33,086 nucleotides of DNA from IMG/VR virus record IMGVR_UViG_2541047931_000005, positions 1 through 33,086 of that record; one strand, written 5' to 3'. Each line of letters begins with the position of its first letter. Within the stretch, counting starts at the first letter, position 1. The position numbers and the translations under genes are program-made. The notes beneath the pieces are model-generated. The model was not told where the DNA came from and did no database searches. It saw only the letters and a program-made list of their open reading frames with translations. Source of the stretch: a virus (taxonomy: Duplodnaviria > Heunggongvirae > Uroviricota > Caudoviricetes). Of the stretch, positions 19,502 to 29,137 are shown in pieces.

Positions 19502-20919
19502 TGCCGATTCAGCAACTTCCGCTTATGAAAGGTGTCGGCAAAGACTTTCGAAACGCCGACTATATCGACTATCTGCCAGTGAATATGTTGGCTACACCCA
19601 AAGAAATCCTGAACAGCAGCGGATATCTTCGCTCATTCCCGGGCATTGCCAAACGTTCTGATGTGAACGGCGTATCGCGGGGCGTCGAGTACAACATGGC
19701 GCAGAATGCTGTTTATCGCGTATGTGGTGGTAAGCTGTACAAAGGAGAAAGTGAAGTCGGTGACGTCGCCGGAAGTGGTCGCGTATCAATGGCGCATGGT
19801 CGAACATCTCAGGCTGTAGGCGTTAATGGTCAACTGGTCGAGTATCGCTATGATGGTACGGTTAAAACCGTCTCAAACTGGCCTACAGACAGCGGATTCA
19901 CGCAGTATGAGTTAGGCTCAGTCCGCGACATTACGCGATTACGTGGGCGTTATGCGTGGTCAAAAGACGGTACTGATTCATGGTTTATCACTGACCTTGA
20001 AGACGAATCTCATCCTGACCGCTACAGCGCACAATATCGCGCAGAATCGCAGCCTGACGGCATCATCGGCATCGGAACATGGCGAGACTTCATCGTATGC
20101 TTTGGTTCATCAACGATTGAATATTTCTCCCTGACAGGTGCAACCACTGTTGGTGCCGCTTTGTATGTCGCACAGCCATCGCTGATGGTGCAAAAAGGAA
20201 TCGCCGGAACCTACTGCAAAACGCCGTTTGCTGATTCGTATGCGTTCATCAGCAATCCGGCAACAGGTGCGCCGTCTGTGTATATCATCGGCTCCGGTCA
20301 GGTATCACCAATCGCCAGCGCGAGCATTGAGAAAATCCTTCGTTCCTACACTGCTGATGAACTGGCTGATGGCGTGATGGAATCGCTGCGATTTGATGCG
20401 CATGAGTTGCTGATTATCCACCTTCCGCGCCATGTTCTGGTGTACGACGCATCTTCAAGTGCCAATGGTCCGCAATGGTGTGTGCTGAAAACAGGCCTGT
20501 ATGACGATGTGTACCGCGCTATCGACTTCATTTACGAAGGCAATCAGATAACGTGCGGCGATAAGCTTGAATCGATGACAGGAAAATTGCAGTTCGATAT
20601 CAGCAGCCAGTACGACAAGCAACAGGAACACCTGCTGTTTACTCCGTTGTTCAAAGCGGATAACGCCAGAGTTTTCGACCTTGAAGTTGAATCGTCAACT
20701 GGAGTTGCGCAGTACGCCGACCGCCTGTTCCTCTCTGCAACCACTGACGGCATAAATTATGGTCGTGAGCAGATGATTGAGCAGAATGAACCGTTCGTTT
20801 ACGACAAACGCGTTTTGTGGAAGCGTGTCGGGCGAATCAGGAAAAATGTTGGCTTCAAATTGCGCGTTATCACGAAGTCACCTGTAACTCTTTCTGGCGC
20901 TCAGATAAGGATTGAGTAA
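19501..20919 (+). CDS. Tail-accessory protein (P22 gp10-like)
   Basis: 472 aa, same size and position as P22 gp10; start overlaps the gp4 stop (TAATG). Confidence 0.9.
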   Translation: MPIQQLPLMKGVGKDFRNADYIDYLPVNMLATPKEILNSSGYLRSFPGIAKRSDVNGVSRGVEYNMAQNAVYRVCGGKLYKGESEVGDVAGSGRVSMAHGRTSQAVGVNGQLVEYRYDGTVKTVSNWPTDSGFTQYELGSVRDITRLRGRYAWSKDGTDSWFITDLEDESHPDRYSAQYRAESQPDGIIGIGTWRDFIVCFGSSTIEYFSLTGATTVGAALYVAQPSLMVQKGIAGTYCKTPFADSYAFISNPATGAPSVYIIGSGQVSPIASASIEKILRSYTADELADGVMESLRFDAHELLIIHLPRHVLVYDASSSANGPQWCVLKTGLYDDVYRAIDFIYEGNQITCGDKLESMTGKLQFDISSQYDKQQEHLLFTPLFKADNARVFDLEVESSTGVAQYADRLFLSATTDGINYGREQMIEQNEPFVYDKRVLWKRVGRIRKNVGFKLRVITKSPVTLSGAQIRIE

Positions 20920-21620
20920 TGGCGGATTCGAATCTCAACACTCCTGTTATTGTGCAGGCGACGCGGCTCGATACATCAATCCTTCCACGCAATATCTTCA
21001 GCCAGTCTTACCTGTTGTATGTCATTAATCAGGGGGCTGATGTCGGCGCAATTGCCGGGAAGGCAAATCAGGCTGGTCAGGGCGCTTACGATGCACAGGT
21101 GAAAAACGATGAACAGGATGTCGAACTGGCTGATCACGACGCAAGAATCACCGCAAACACAAAAGCGATAAATCTACTTGAGGTCAGGTTAACAACTGCC
21201 GAAGGGAAGATAGTCGTACTGCGTAGCGATGTTGATTACTTGCTGGATGAGGTTATCGATATTCAGGCGCATCTGGTCACTGTTGACCAAAGACTGGATG
21301 ACGTAGAAAACGATGTCTCTGGCATTAAGAGTGATTACGTATCGAAAACCGTAACCGAATTGCAGTCTCTTGAGTCACCGCTGGATGTAAAAACATCATA
21401 TTCAGTTGATGGAATTCAGGTTGTTGGAGCAAGAAATACCGGATGGACTGCAGCCACAGGTACGCCACTTCTTGGCTCATTCAACGCTAACCAGTCATAC
21501 ACTGTCGGCACTACGTACACACAATCCGAAGTCGCAGCTCTCGCTACAGGTTTGCAGCAGGCGCGGCAGCGTATTCTGGCGCTTGAAACAGCACTTAGAT
21601 TACATGGGCTGATTGACTGA
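20919..21620 (+). CDS. Tail needle protein (P22 gp26-like)
   Basis: 233 aa with heptad-repeat coiled-coil character; size and position as P22 gp26. Confidence 0.85.
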   Translation: MADSNLNTPVIVQATRLDTSILPRNIFSQSYLLYVINQGADVGAIAGKANQAGQGAYDAQVKNDEQDVELADHDARITANTKAINLLEVRLTTAEGKIVVLRSDVDYLLDEVIDIQAHLVTVDQRLDDVENDVSGIKSDYVSKTVTELQSLESPLDVKTSYSVDGIQVVGARNTGWTAATGTPLLGSFNANQSYTVGTTYTQSEVAALATGLQQARQRILALETALRLHGLID

Positions 21621-22075
21621 TGATTACATTCAAACCAACGCGAAACATCGACCTGATAGAAGCAGTAGGAAATCACCCTGACATTATTGCTGGAAGCAAC
21701 AACGGTGATGGATACGACTACAAGCCTGAATGCCGTTACTTTGAGGTTAACGTGCACGGTCAGTTTGGCGGCATTGTTTACTACCAGGAGATTCAGCCGC
21801 TTACATTCGATTGCCACGCCATGTACCTGCCAGAGGTTCGCGGATTCAGCAAGGAAATCGGGCTGGCGTTCTGGCGATACATTCTGACTAACACCACCGT
21901 TCAGTGCGTCACATCGTTCGCTGCACGCAAATTCCGCCACGGGCAGATGTACTGCGCAATTATTGGCCTTAAGCGTGTAGGAACCATCAAGAAATACTTC
22001 AAAGGCGTGGATGACGTGACTTTTTACAGCGCCACACGCGAAGAACTAATCGACTTCCTGAATCACGGGAGATAG
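21620..22075 (+). CDS. Head assembly protein (P22 gp14-like)
   Basis: 151 aa, canonical position and size. Confidence 0.8.
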   Translation: MITFKPTRNIDLIEAVGNHPDIIAGSNNGDGYDYKPECRYFEVNVHGQFGGIVYYQEIQPLTFDCHAMYLPEVRGFSKEIGLAFWRYILTNTTVQCVTSFAARKFRHGQMYCAIIGLKRVGTIKKYFKGVDDVTFYSATREELIDFLNHGR

Positions 22076-22077
22076 CC

Positions 22078-22770
22078 ATGTTATATGCATTTAAGCTGGG
22101 CAGAAAACTGCGCGGCGAGGAACCTTATCACCCTGAAAAAGGCGGGAAGGGTGGCTCCGATAAAAGCGCAAAGTATGCAGCAGAAGCTCAGAAGTATGCC
22201 GCAGACCTGCAACATCAGCAGTGGCAGACGATCATGAAAAACCTTGCTCCGTTCACGCCTCTTGCGGAGCAGTATGTTAACCAGCTTCAGAACCTTTCCA
22301 GTTTAGAAGGTCAGGGGCAGGCACTTAACCAGTATTACAACTCTCAGCAGTACAAAGATCTTGCTGGTCAGGCTCGCTATCAGAGTCTGGCGGCAGCGGA
22401 AGCAACAGGTGGATTGGGTTCCACTGCAACCGGTAATCAGTTAGCAACAATCGCACCAACGCTTGGTCAGCAGTGGCTGTCTGGTCAGATGAACAACTAC
22501 AACAACCTGGCAAACATTGGCCTTGGTGCGCTGCAAGGTCAGGCAAACGCCGGGCAGACATATGCCAACAACATGAGTCAGATTTCGCAGCAAAGTGCGG
22601 CTCTTGCCGCTGCTAATGCCAATAAACCATCAGGCCTTCAGACAGCAATTAGCGGCGGAGCTTCAGGGGCTATGACTGGCGCTGCTCTTGGCTCTATTGT
22701 TCCAGGACTTGGCACTGGATTAGGTGCGGCAATTGGCGGCGGACTTGGCCTGCTTGGCTCGTTGTTTTAA
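22078..22770 (+). CDS. Ejection protein (P22 gp7-like)
   Basis: 230 aa, Q/G/A-rich, canonical position. Confidence 0.8.
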   Translation: MLYAFKLGRKLRGEEPYHPEKGGKGGSDKSAKYAAEAQKYAADLQHQQWQTIMKNLAPFTPLAEQYVNQLQNLSSLEGQGQALNQYYNSQQYKDLAGQARYQSLAAAEATGGLGSTATGNQLATIAPTLGQQWLSGQMNNYNNLANIGLGALQGQANAGQTYANNMSQISQQSAALAAANANKPSGLQTAISGGASGAMTGAALGSIVPGLGTGLGAAIGGGLGLLGSLF

Positions 22771-22779
22771 GGGGTAATC

Positions 22780-24246
22780 ATGGCTACTTGGCAAGGAACA
22801 AATGGCGGATTGTTGGCTGGTATCGGTGGTGTCAACTCAAACGCTCCGAGCGTAAATGACATCGGCAATACGCTTCAGCTTATCAGGCAGAACAATGATA
22901 TTGAGCGTTCAGGCGCTAACAATGTTGGGCTGACTGCTTTGCAAGGCCTTTCAGGTATTGCAGGGGTGTTTCAGCAGGAAAAGCAGGCTCAGCGGCAGAA
23001 AGAATTTCAGCAGGCGTACGCTAATGCTTATGCGTCTGGTGATCGCGGTGCTTTGCGTCAGTTGGCTACTCAATATCCAGACCAGATTGAATCTGTTCGC
23101 AAAGGCATGGGATTCATTGATGAAGACCAGCGCAATTCTATCGGCACCTTAGCGGCTGGCGCACGCCTTGCGGCCTCGTCTCCAGAAGCAATGCAATCAT
23201 GGCTGCAAAACAACGCCAAGGAACTGACTCGCGTCGGTGTTGACCCTAATAACGTTGCTCAGATGTATCAGCAGAATCCTTCAGGATTTGGTGAGTTTGT
23301 TGATCACCTTGGGATGGCTGCTCTTGGTCCGATTGATTACTTCAATGTTCAGGACAAGATGGCTGGTCGTGAGATTGACCGAGGCAGACTGGCAGAGACA
23401 ATCCGCAGCAATCAGGCTGGTGAAGCACTTCAGGCGAGAGGGCAGGATATTAGCCGAGCAAATGCGTTAACGTCAGCATATGCACCAACAGCCGCAATGC
23501 AGAATTACAATCAGTACGCGCAAATGTTAAAGGTAGATCCAGATGGTGCAGCGGCATTTGCGGCAGCGGCGGGAATTAATCCCAATGCTAAGAAATTACT
23601 TAAGGTTGAAACCAATCCTGATGGCTCGGTAACTAAGTATTACACCGATGGCAGCGAGGAAGCCGGAAAACTAAACCAACCTATATCTGGTGATGGCATT
23701 AAACCAATTAGCTTGCCACAAGCGCAAAGCATCATAGATAAGGCTAATGAGGGTTCCAAGAAGGCGGCGGGATTTGCTTTGCGATTAAAAGATTCAATGG
23801 ACTCAATGAATCAGCTTAGTAAAAGCATTGACCCTAAGCGAGTTGCATTAATAAATCGCTCTCTTGGTGATGGAACTATTGCAAATTTAAGCCTATCACC
23901 AGCGGAGCAGCAATATATGGTAAATGCGAGAGACGCCTTGTATGCAATTTTGCGCCCAGAAACAGGTGCAGCAATTACTCTGCCAGAGATGCAGGAGTAT
24001 TCCAAAATGTACCTCCCTCAGCCCGGTGATTCCAAGGCTGCTACTGAAACAAAAATGCGAAAAATGCAGGGCCAATATAACTCATTACGTGGTCAGTCTG
24101 GTCGCGTTTATGATGCTTTGGTGGTTTCAAGTGCTGCAAATAGTCAACAACAGAGCAATAGCCAACAACCGACAAATACCCAACAGCAGCAGAGTCAATC
24201 CGGATCATATACCTCAAAATCAGGCATTCAATTTACGGTGGAATGA
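22780..24246 (+). CDS. Ejection protein (P22 gp20-like)
   Basis: 488 aa, canonical position. Confidence 0.8.
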   Translation: MATWQGTNGGLLAGIGGVNSNAPSVNDIGNTLQLIRQNNDIERSGANNVGLTALQGLSGIAGVFQQEKQAQRQKEFQQAYANAYASGDRGALRQLATQYPDQIESVRKGMGFIDEDQRNSIGTLAAGARLAASSPEAMQSWLQNNAKELTRVGVDPNNVAQMYQQNPSGFGEFVDHLGMAALGPIDYFNVQDKMAGREIDRGRLAETIRSNQAGEALQARGQDISRANALTSAYAPTAAMQNYNQYAQMLKVDPDGAAAFAAAAGINPNAKKLLKVETNPDGSVTKYYTDGSEEAGKLNQPISGDGIKPISLPQAQSIIDKANEGSKKAAGFALRLKDSMDSMNQLSKSIDPKRVALINRSLGDGTIANLSLSPAEQQYMVNARDALYAILRPETGAAITLPEMQEYSKMYLPQPGDSKAATETKMRKMQGQYNSLRGQSGRVYDALVVSSAANSQQQSNSQQPTNTQQQQSQSGSYTSKSGIQFTVE

Positions 24247-26084
24247 TGAAAGTAACTGCAAACGGTAAGACATTTACCTTTCCTGATGGTACGAGCACCG
24301 AAGATATTGGCACCGCCATTGATGAGTATTTTGCTGGTCAGGCTGTTCAGCAACAAACAGTTAATCAGGCCAATAATGCACCAACACGGGAAGAACCATC
24401 ATTGATGCAACAAGCTGGCGATTGGCTCACTGGTGGTCAAAGTGCAGAGCAAATTGCAGAACAGGCTGGTCGTGGTCTGGTAAACATACCATTTGACGTA
24501 TTGCAGGGTGGCGCAAGTCTGATTAATGCAATCAGTCAGGGGCTTGGTGGACCCAAGGTTTTGGATGATGTTTATCGTCCAGTAGACAGACCGACAGACC
24601 CCTACGCACAAGCCGGTGAAACAATTGGTGGGTATTTAGTTCCAGGAGTTGGAACGGCAGGAAGCATGGCTATTGGATCACTGGCAGAGGCCGCAAATCA
24701 GAAAGGCGATTTCGCACAAAATGCAGCTAAAAATGCCGGAGTTAACCTTGCCGCTCAGGGTGTTCTTTCCGCCGCAGCAAAGGGAATAGGGCGTGGAATA
24801 ACGGCTATAAAAGGTGATATTGCGCCAGAAGTGGCGAAGAAAATTGCCACATCAGAATCGATGGGCGTGACACCAATGACATCTGATGTTATCCCGCCGA
24901 AAAATGCTTTCACTCGCGGCCTTACTCAGGATGCCGAGGGGGCTTTGCTCGGGACAGGCTCAAAGCGAGCGGAGCAATATGCAACGCGTAGTAAGCTGGT
25001 AAGTAATTATTTTGACCGTTTTGGTGAGTACAACCCTGATGATGTGGTGAAATCTCTGACCACCACGTTAAGGGGGAGGAAGGATGCCGCTGGCGCTGTT
25101 ATCAATGACGTCACCAATAAAATGGGTAATGCCGCAGTTGATACCACAAATACCATGAATGCTCTGAATACAGCGATCGCAAGACAGGAACGACTTGGGA
25201 CGTCTGCCAATCAAAGCCTGCTTACATCCTTGCGTAACCTACGTGAAGAATTAGCAAACCCTGCAACTGATTTGGATGTTACGTTTGATCTCTTGCGTCA
25301 GCACAGAACAGCATTTAGATCTAATGTTCAGGGAGATGCTATGGTCTTCCCCAACCAGGCAAAAGCAGCTACCAATATGGTAGAGAATGCAATGTCAAAA
25401 GACCTTCGTAACGCAGTTGCTAAAAACCTCGGTGCATCAGACGCAGCAAAATACCTTAAAGCAAATTCCGATTATGCAAACGTTTATAATAAGGTGCTTA
25501 ATAAAAACATTGCTAACAAACTCAACAAGGCAAGCAGTGAAGCCAGTCCTGAACTTATAAATACCGTTGTATTAAGCAGAAAACCATCTGACGTGAAACG
25601 AATCTGGAGCGCACTGGATGATAAAGGGAAAGATGCTATGCGTGCAGCTTACGTCAGCAAAATAGCGGAAAAGGCCGGTGACTCTCCAGCCAAGTTCATC
25701 ACTGAAGTTAATAAGCTGAAATCTCAGTCAGGCGGTGAAATTTACAACACTATTTTTTCTGGAAAGCACATGAAAGAACTTGATGCTCTTCATGAAGTTC
25801 TGCAGCAAACAGCAAGGTCAGACACCGCAAATGTAGTAACTCAGACGGGGCAATCGCAAGCCAACAGGATAAGGACGATTGGCGCAACTGCGACTCTTGG
25901 CGTATCAATGGGGCTTGAGGCTGGTTTCGGTGCAATGATGCGCTTGTATGAGTCCAAAGCAGCAAGGAATGCGCTCTTACGTCTGGCAAACACCAAAGCA
26001 GGAACACCAGCCTATGAAAGAGCGTTGAGTAACGCTGCAAATGCCATCAGGCCGCTGCTTGCTACTGAGGCAACACAGCAGTAA
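24243..26084 (+). CDS. Ejection protein (P22 gp16-like)
   Basis: 613 aa, canonical position; last gene of the rightward virion block before the accessory region. Confidence 0.8.
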   Translation: MMKVTANGKTFTFPDGTSTEDIGTAIDEYFAGQAVQQQTVNQANNAPTREEPSLMQQAGDWLTGGQSAEQIAEQAGRGLVNIPFDVLQGGASLINAISQGLGGPKVLDDVYRPVDRPTDPYAQAGETIGGYLVPGVGTAGSMAIGSLAEAANQKGDFAQNAAKNAGVNLAAQGVLSAAAKGIGRGITAIKGDIAPEVAKKIATSESMGVTPMTSDVIPPKNAFTRGLTQDAEGALLGTGSKRAEQYATRSKLVSNYFDRFGEYNPDDVVKSLTTTLRGRKDAAGAVINDVTNKMGNAAVDTTNTMNALNTAIARQERLGTSANQSLLTSLRNLREELANPATDLDVTFDLLRQHRTAFRSNVQGDAMVFPNQAKAATNMVENAMSKDLRNAVAKNLGASDAAKYLKANSDYANVYNKVLNKNIANKLNKASSEASPELINTVVLSRKPSDVKRIWSALDDKGKDAMRAAYVSKIAEKAGDSPAKFITEVNKLKSQSGGEIYNTIFSGKHMKELDALHEVLQQTARSDTANVVTQTGQSQANRIRTIGATATLGVSMGLEAGFGAMMRLYESKAARNALLRLANTKAGTPAYERALSNAANAIRPLLATEATQQ

Positions 26085-26108
26085 CGTATGGGGAATTGGA
26101 TTCAATCG

Positions 26109-26498
26109 TTAACATTTTCTTTTTACTTTTCCAACAAAAGCTTTGGTTGAATCCATATTCCCATAACCAGAAATGGTTTTTGACATTAAAACTGTTCCAG
26201 TAGGATGTATTACCCATGAGTCGATAACGCGTTGAGTTTCGCCATTCGCGCCGATTCCTATGATGGAGTTTTTAGACAATGCTTTGTAAGCCATGCCGCC
26301 CGCATCTGTCCCAGAATATGTGATGCTGGCATCTTCACCGCTTGTCTTAATGATGAATGTTCCACTAAAACCATCTTCTTCCGGATGGAAATTATTTCGT
26401 TCTGAATAGCTTATTCCGCGCATATCTCCAACGACCCAGCACTCTGCTGTAGCCCCAAAAGATATGAATAAGAACATAGCAGCAAGAAATTGCTTCAC
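26109..26498 (-). CDS. Small secreted (Sec signal peptide) protein of unknown function
   Basis: GTG start at 26498 preceded by AAGGAG; N-terminus KQFLAAMFLFISFGATA then ECWVV... (predicted cleavage after ATA); about 110-aa mature protein with Cys near both ends. Confidence 0.55.
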   Translation of the reverse strand: MKQFLAAMFLFISFGATAECWVVGDMRGISYSERNNFHPEEDGFSGTFIIKTSGEDASITYSGTDAGGMAYKALSKNSIIGIGANGETQRVIDSWVIHPTGTVLMSKTISGYGNMDSTKAFVGKVKRKC

Positions 26499-26528
26499 AC
26501 CAAGCTCCTTAGTTTTGAGCAGGATACC

Positions 26529-26894
26529 ATGAAAAAAGTTAACATTGGAAACGTACCAAAGATGCTCGTTCCGCTCTTTGAGAGCGGTACAATTGTGTTT
26601 TGTAGAGACTTTCCAGAATGGCAACGCCTGCATCAAAAACTTGGCGTTGACGTGCATGACTCGGACGCCAACGGAGCGTCTCATACAATGAGCAGCGAGA
26701 ATGGTGTTTTGCATGTGATAGGCGTGTTCAATGGCAAACTATCTACTATTGCCCATGAGTGCGCTCACATGGCATTCGATATCTGCTCAAGGGTCGGTGT
26801 TGATGTTGAACCAGGAAGAGCCAATGAGACTTACTGCTACTTAATGAGCAGGCTTGTTGAGTTCTGCGAGCGACATATCAAAAAGCCGGAGTGA
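26529..26894 (+). CDS. HExxH-motif protein (putative zinc-metallopeptidase-like), unknown family
   Basis: 121 aa from ATG 26529; HECAH at 26754-26768; divergently arranged with the secreted-protein gene. Confidence 0.6.
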   Translation: MKKVNIGNVPKMLVPLFESGTIVFCRDFPEWQRLHQKLGVDVHDSDANGASHTMSSENGVLHVIGVFNGKLSTIAHECAHMAFDICSRVGVDVEPGRANETYCYLMSRLVEFCERHIKKPE

Positions 26895-26901
26895 CCCGGC
26901 T
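26879..26901 (-). terminator. Hairpin terminator for the small minus-strand gene (overlaps the HExxH gene 3' end)
   Basis: Minus strand AGCCGG-GUCACU-CCGGCU followed by UUUUU. Confidence 0.5.
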
Positions 26902-26907
26902 TGAGTA

Positions 26908-27087
26908 TTACTTTTTGCTGTCTGGAGTTCGCTTATCCAATACCCAGCCATGACCTGGCTTTGTTGTTGGTGGAAGCCTTTCGTTGTCCTTGACGGTTGC
27001 AAAATTGTCTTTCTTACCGCCGCGTGGGCCAACTTCTTGGTATATTCCGCCGTTTTTTCCTGTGTTTTCACCTGGTTTTTTCGCCAT
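26908..27087 (-). CDS. Small basic glycine-rich protein (59 aa), unknown function
   Basis: MAKKPGENTGKNGGIYQEVGPRGGKKDNFATVKDNERLPPTTKPGHGWVLDKRTPDSKK; ATG at 27087 with GAGG RBS 6 nt upstream. Confidence 0.5.
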   Translation of the reverse strand: MAKKPGENTGKNGGIYQEVGPRGGKKDNFATVKDNERLPPTTKPGHGWVLDKRTPDSKK

Positions 27088-27177
27088 GATATACCTCAAC
27101 ATATACCCGTTATTGGGCGATTAAATATTGATCTCATTTTATAAGTAGTCAATATGGCCCAGGTAAATGCAAAAATT

Positions 27178-27203
27178 AACCCACCGTCAGGTGGGTTTTT
27201 TTA
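27178..27203. terminator. Hairpin with flanking A/T tracts (possible bidirectional terminator)
   Basis: AACCCACC-GTCAG-GTGGGTT followed by T7 on the plus strand and preceded by an A-tract. Confidence 0.5.
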
Positions 27204-27234
27204 TCTTCTCTACTTTAAAGATTAAGGAAATACC

Positions 27235-27420
27235 ATGACCATAGAAGAACGTCTGAACAACATTGAGTTGAATCAAACCCTGCTTGACCAGCGACTTTCA
27301 GATCTTGAGCTTAAAGATCTAGATGTGCAAATATCAGAAGCAGAAGCCAAGCTCTCCAGCTTAAACCACCGCAGGAAGCAAATCCGCGACAGAATTACTC
27401 GTGGACGCGGAGGCTGTTAA
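27235..27420 (+). CDS. Small coiled-coil protein (61 aa)
   Basis: MTIEERLNNIELNQTLLDQRLSDLELKDLDVQISEAEAKLSSLNHRRKQIRDRITRGRGGC; AAGGA RBS; heptad-like leucine spacing. Confidence 0.5.
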   Translation: MTIEERLNNIELNQTLLDQRLSDLELKDLDVQISEAEAKLSSLNHRRKQIRDRITRGRGGC

Positions 27421-27497
27421 GGTGTGATGGTAATCCTTGCTCACTAAATTTAAGGATGCGAATCTTTCCGGCCATAGGAGTAATCATGATTTACCCA

Positions 27498-28034
27498 TCA
27501 AACAACCCACCAGTTTGCCTGATTGGATACCAGCCTTGCAGTTTTTATGGAATTAATTATGCCATGCTCAAGAGCCTTGTTAGCATCCAAAATGGTCGAG
27601 TCTGCTATCAGGGATGCCCACCTAATATGGGTTCCGATGTCGATATTGAACGTCTCAACGAAGCGATCAAGATCGTTATCGAGGCATTTCCCGTACTCTC
27701 TCAATCTGGCATGGTCGGCGGCTGGGGAGGCAAAGCACCATAATAGAGGATGTAACAGGAATCTTGATAATGGGTTTGCGAAACGTTCTGAGCCAGCCAG
27801 GAAAACGATATTAGCTATGGATTCAACATTGCTTATGTTGTGAGTTCTAACGGTAACAGGGAGTGACTTAAGAAAGTTATACGCAGTAAAGCCAGCGGCA
27901 GTTTCCCCTCCCTGACTTGATATATGGATATTTAATTCAGTTGCGCCTTGAGATAATGCGGTGAGACAGTGGTTCTGAAGTTGCCCAACAGTGGCAGTGT
28001 TAACGGGGCATAAGAAATGAATTGTGTGCAGCAT
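27498..28034 (-). CDS. ClpP-like (S14 family) serine peptidase homolog
   Basis: 178 aa; ISSQGGETAAGFTAYNFL matches the ClpP xSPGGxxxAGxxIYD region; plausible Ser (ESIAN), His (LLHPL), Asp (ADSTILDA) triad positions; start overlaps the Mnt-like stop (TAATG). Confidence 0.7.
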   Translation of the reverse strand: MLHTIHFLCPVNTATVGQLQNHCLTALSQGATELNIHISSQGGETAAGFTAYNFLKSLPVTVRTHNISNVESIANIVFLAGSERFANPLSRFLLHPLLWCFASPAADHARLREYGKCLDNDLDRFVETFNIDIGTHIRWASLIADSTILDANKALEHGIINSIKTARLVSNQANWWVV

Positions 28035-28288
28035 TATTTATCATCCTTGCCATAAATCTTTTTAAGTGTCTCAAACACAACGGCCTTGAACTGCTCTGCT
28101 TGCTGATCAGCCAAGCGTTCAGCTTCGTCTCGATAGCCTGCAATCGGTGATGGCTTTGAGAGAGCATCCTGAACGATTTGTAATAACTCAGAGTTCATTG
28201 ACCTTCCGTTAGCCTCTGCTCTTAATTTCAATTTTTCTCTTACTTCCAAAGGCATACGGAAGTTAAAGTGCGGATCGTTTCTAGCCAT
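28034..28288 (-). CDS. mnt: Mnt-like ribbon-helix-helix repressor
   Basis: 84 aa; MARNDPHFNFRMPLEVREKLKLRAEANGRSMNSELLQIVQDALSKPSP... closely resembles P22 Mnt. Confidence 0.85.
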   Translation of the reverse strand: MARNDPHFNFRMPLEVREKLKLRAEANGRSMNSELLQIVQDALSKPSPIAGYRDEAERLADQQAEQFKAVVFETLKKIYGKDDK

Positions 28289-28311
28289 GCCATCACCCCA
28301 AGTTAGTATCT

Positions 28312-28569
28312 CTAACTTTCGTCTTTATTGTTGCCATACATGCATTTCAACTTCTCAACATCATGTTCAAGATCTATCAATCGTGATGCTATAGTTGCAA
28401 GGTCTAGTGCTTGAATGTGTTTATTTTTTTCTGTCCACGCTTCAAGTGCCGCGACCATCTCAGCATTTAATGAACGAGAATTAGCCTCAGCCAGTTCAAT
28501 AAGACGTTCCTTTATCTCTACAGGAAGCCTCAGATTCACTTGAGGGTTTTTGTACTTACGATCAGACAT
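28312..28569 (-). CDS. Arc/Mnt-family ribbon-helix-helix protein (paralog 2)
   Basis: VNLRLPVEIKERLIELAEANSRSLNAEMVAALEAW; ATG at 28569 with AGGA 7 nt upstream (alternative GTG at 28575). Confidence 0.7.
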   Translation of the reverse strand: MSDRKYKNPQVNLRLPVEIKERLIELAEANSRSLNAEMVAALEAWTEKNKHIQALDLATIASRLIDLEHDVEKLKCMYGNNKDES

Positions 28570-28586
28570 CGGCACATCCTGAATAA

Positions 28587-28826
28587 TTATTTACCATACA
28601 TGGTCTTTAGCGTCTCAAGTAGCGCCTCTTTGAATTTATCAGCTTCTTGGTTAGCGAATCCTTCAAGTGAGCGAGAGCCATCAAGATTATCAACATGTTT
28701 TTGAAGGATAAGCACGATCTCTGAGTTCATTGATCTGCCGTTTTTATCCGCTTCTTGCTGAATGCGTTTCTTTAAATAGTCTGGAATCCTAATCCCCAAT
28801 GGACTGATATCTCTTGCACCTTTCAT
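28587..28826 (-). CDS. Arc/Mnt-family ribbon-helix-helix protein (paralog 3)
   Basis: MKGARDISPLGIRIPDYLKKRIQQEADKNGRSMNSEIVLILQKH...; ATG at 28826 with GGAGGAG RBS; N-terminus paralogous to the divergent Arc-like ORF. Confidence 0.7.
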   Translation of the reverse strand: MKGARDISPLGIRIPDYLKKRIQQEADKNGRSMNSEIVLILQKHVDNLDGSRSLEGFANQEADKFKEALLETLKTMYGK

Positions 28827-28844
28827 TTCTCCTCCTGCACGCTG

Positions 28845-28920
28845 TGCATAGCTACACAGTGTAGGCAAAAAAATTTTGACTTTAAATAAACACGGTGTAG
28901 TATTTAGTTATCACGGTGTA
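28845..28920. promoter_or_regulatory. Divergent promoter/operator region between the RHH operon and arc-ant
   Basis: Perfect inverted repeat CTACAC-A-GTGTAG (28850-28862) plus two direct copies of CACGGTGTAG (28891-28900, 28912-28921), with TTGACT and TATTTAGTTA promoter-like elements. Confidence 0.5.
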
Positions 28921-28934
28921 GCAAGTGAGGGGAA

Positions 28935-29075
28935 ATGAAAGTTAGAGACATCGCTCCATTAGGGATTCGTATCCCGCCAGAGATTAAAGAAAAATTGAAG
29001 GAAAAGGCTAAGGAGGAGGGCAGGTCTTTAAATTCAGAAATAGTGCAGCGTCTTATTCGCAGCCTAAAAAGTTGA
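28935..29075 (+). CDS. arc: Arc-like ribbon-helix-helix repressor
   Basis: 46 aa; [46 protein letters not shown]; RBS GAGGGG; directly upstream of ant as in P22. Confidence 0.7.
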   Translation: MKVRDIAPLGIRIPPEIKEKLKEKAKEEGRSLNSEIVQRLIRSLKS

Positions 29076-29137
29076 AGCCCCAACTGCGGGAACAGTCAGG
29101 GCTTCGGTTGTCAGTAAATCCGTGGAGAAAAACCAAC

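Noticed and set aside
26109-26714. Long 201-aa version of the secreted-protein ORF starting at 26714
   Set aside because: The N-terminal extension overlaps the HExxH gene on the other strand and would bury the signal peptide; the internal GTG at 26498 has an AAGGAG RBS and yields a canonical N-terminal signal sequence.
27456-27843. Plus-strand ORFs 27456-27743 and 27523-27843
   Set aside because: Overlap the ClpP-like gene on the opposite strand, which has recognisable family motifs and translational coupling to mnt.
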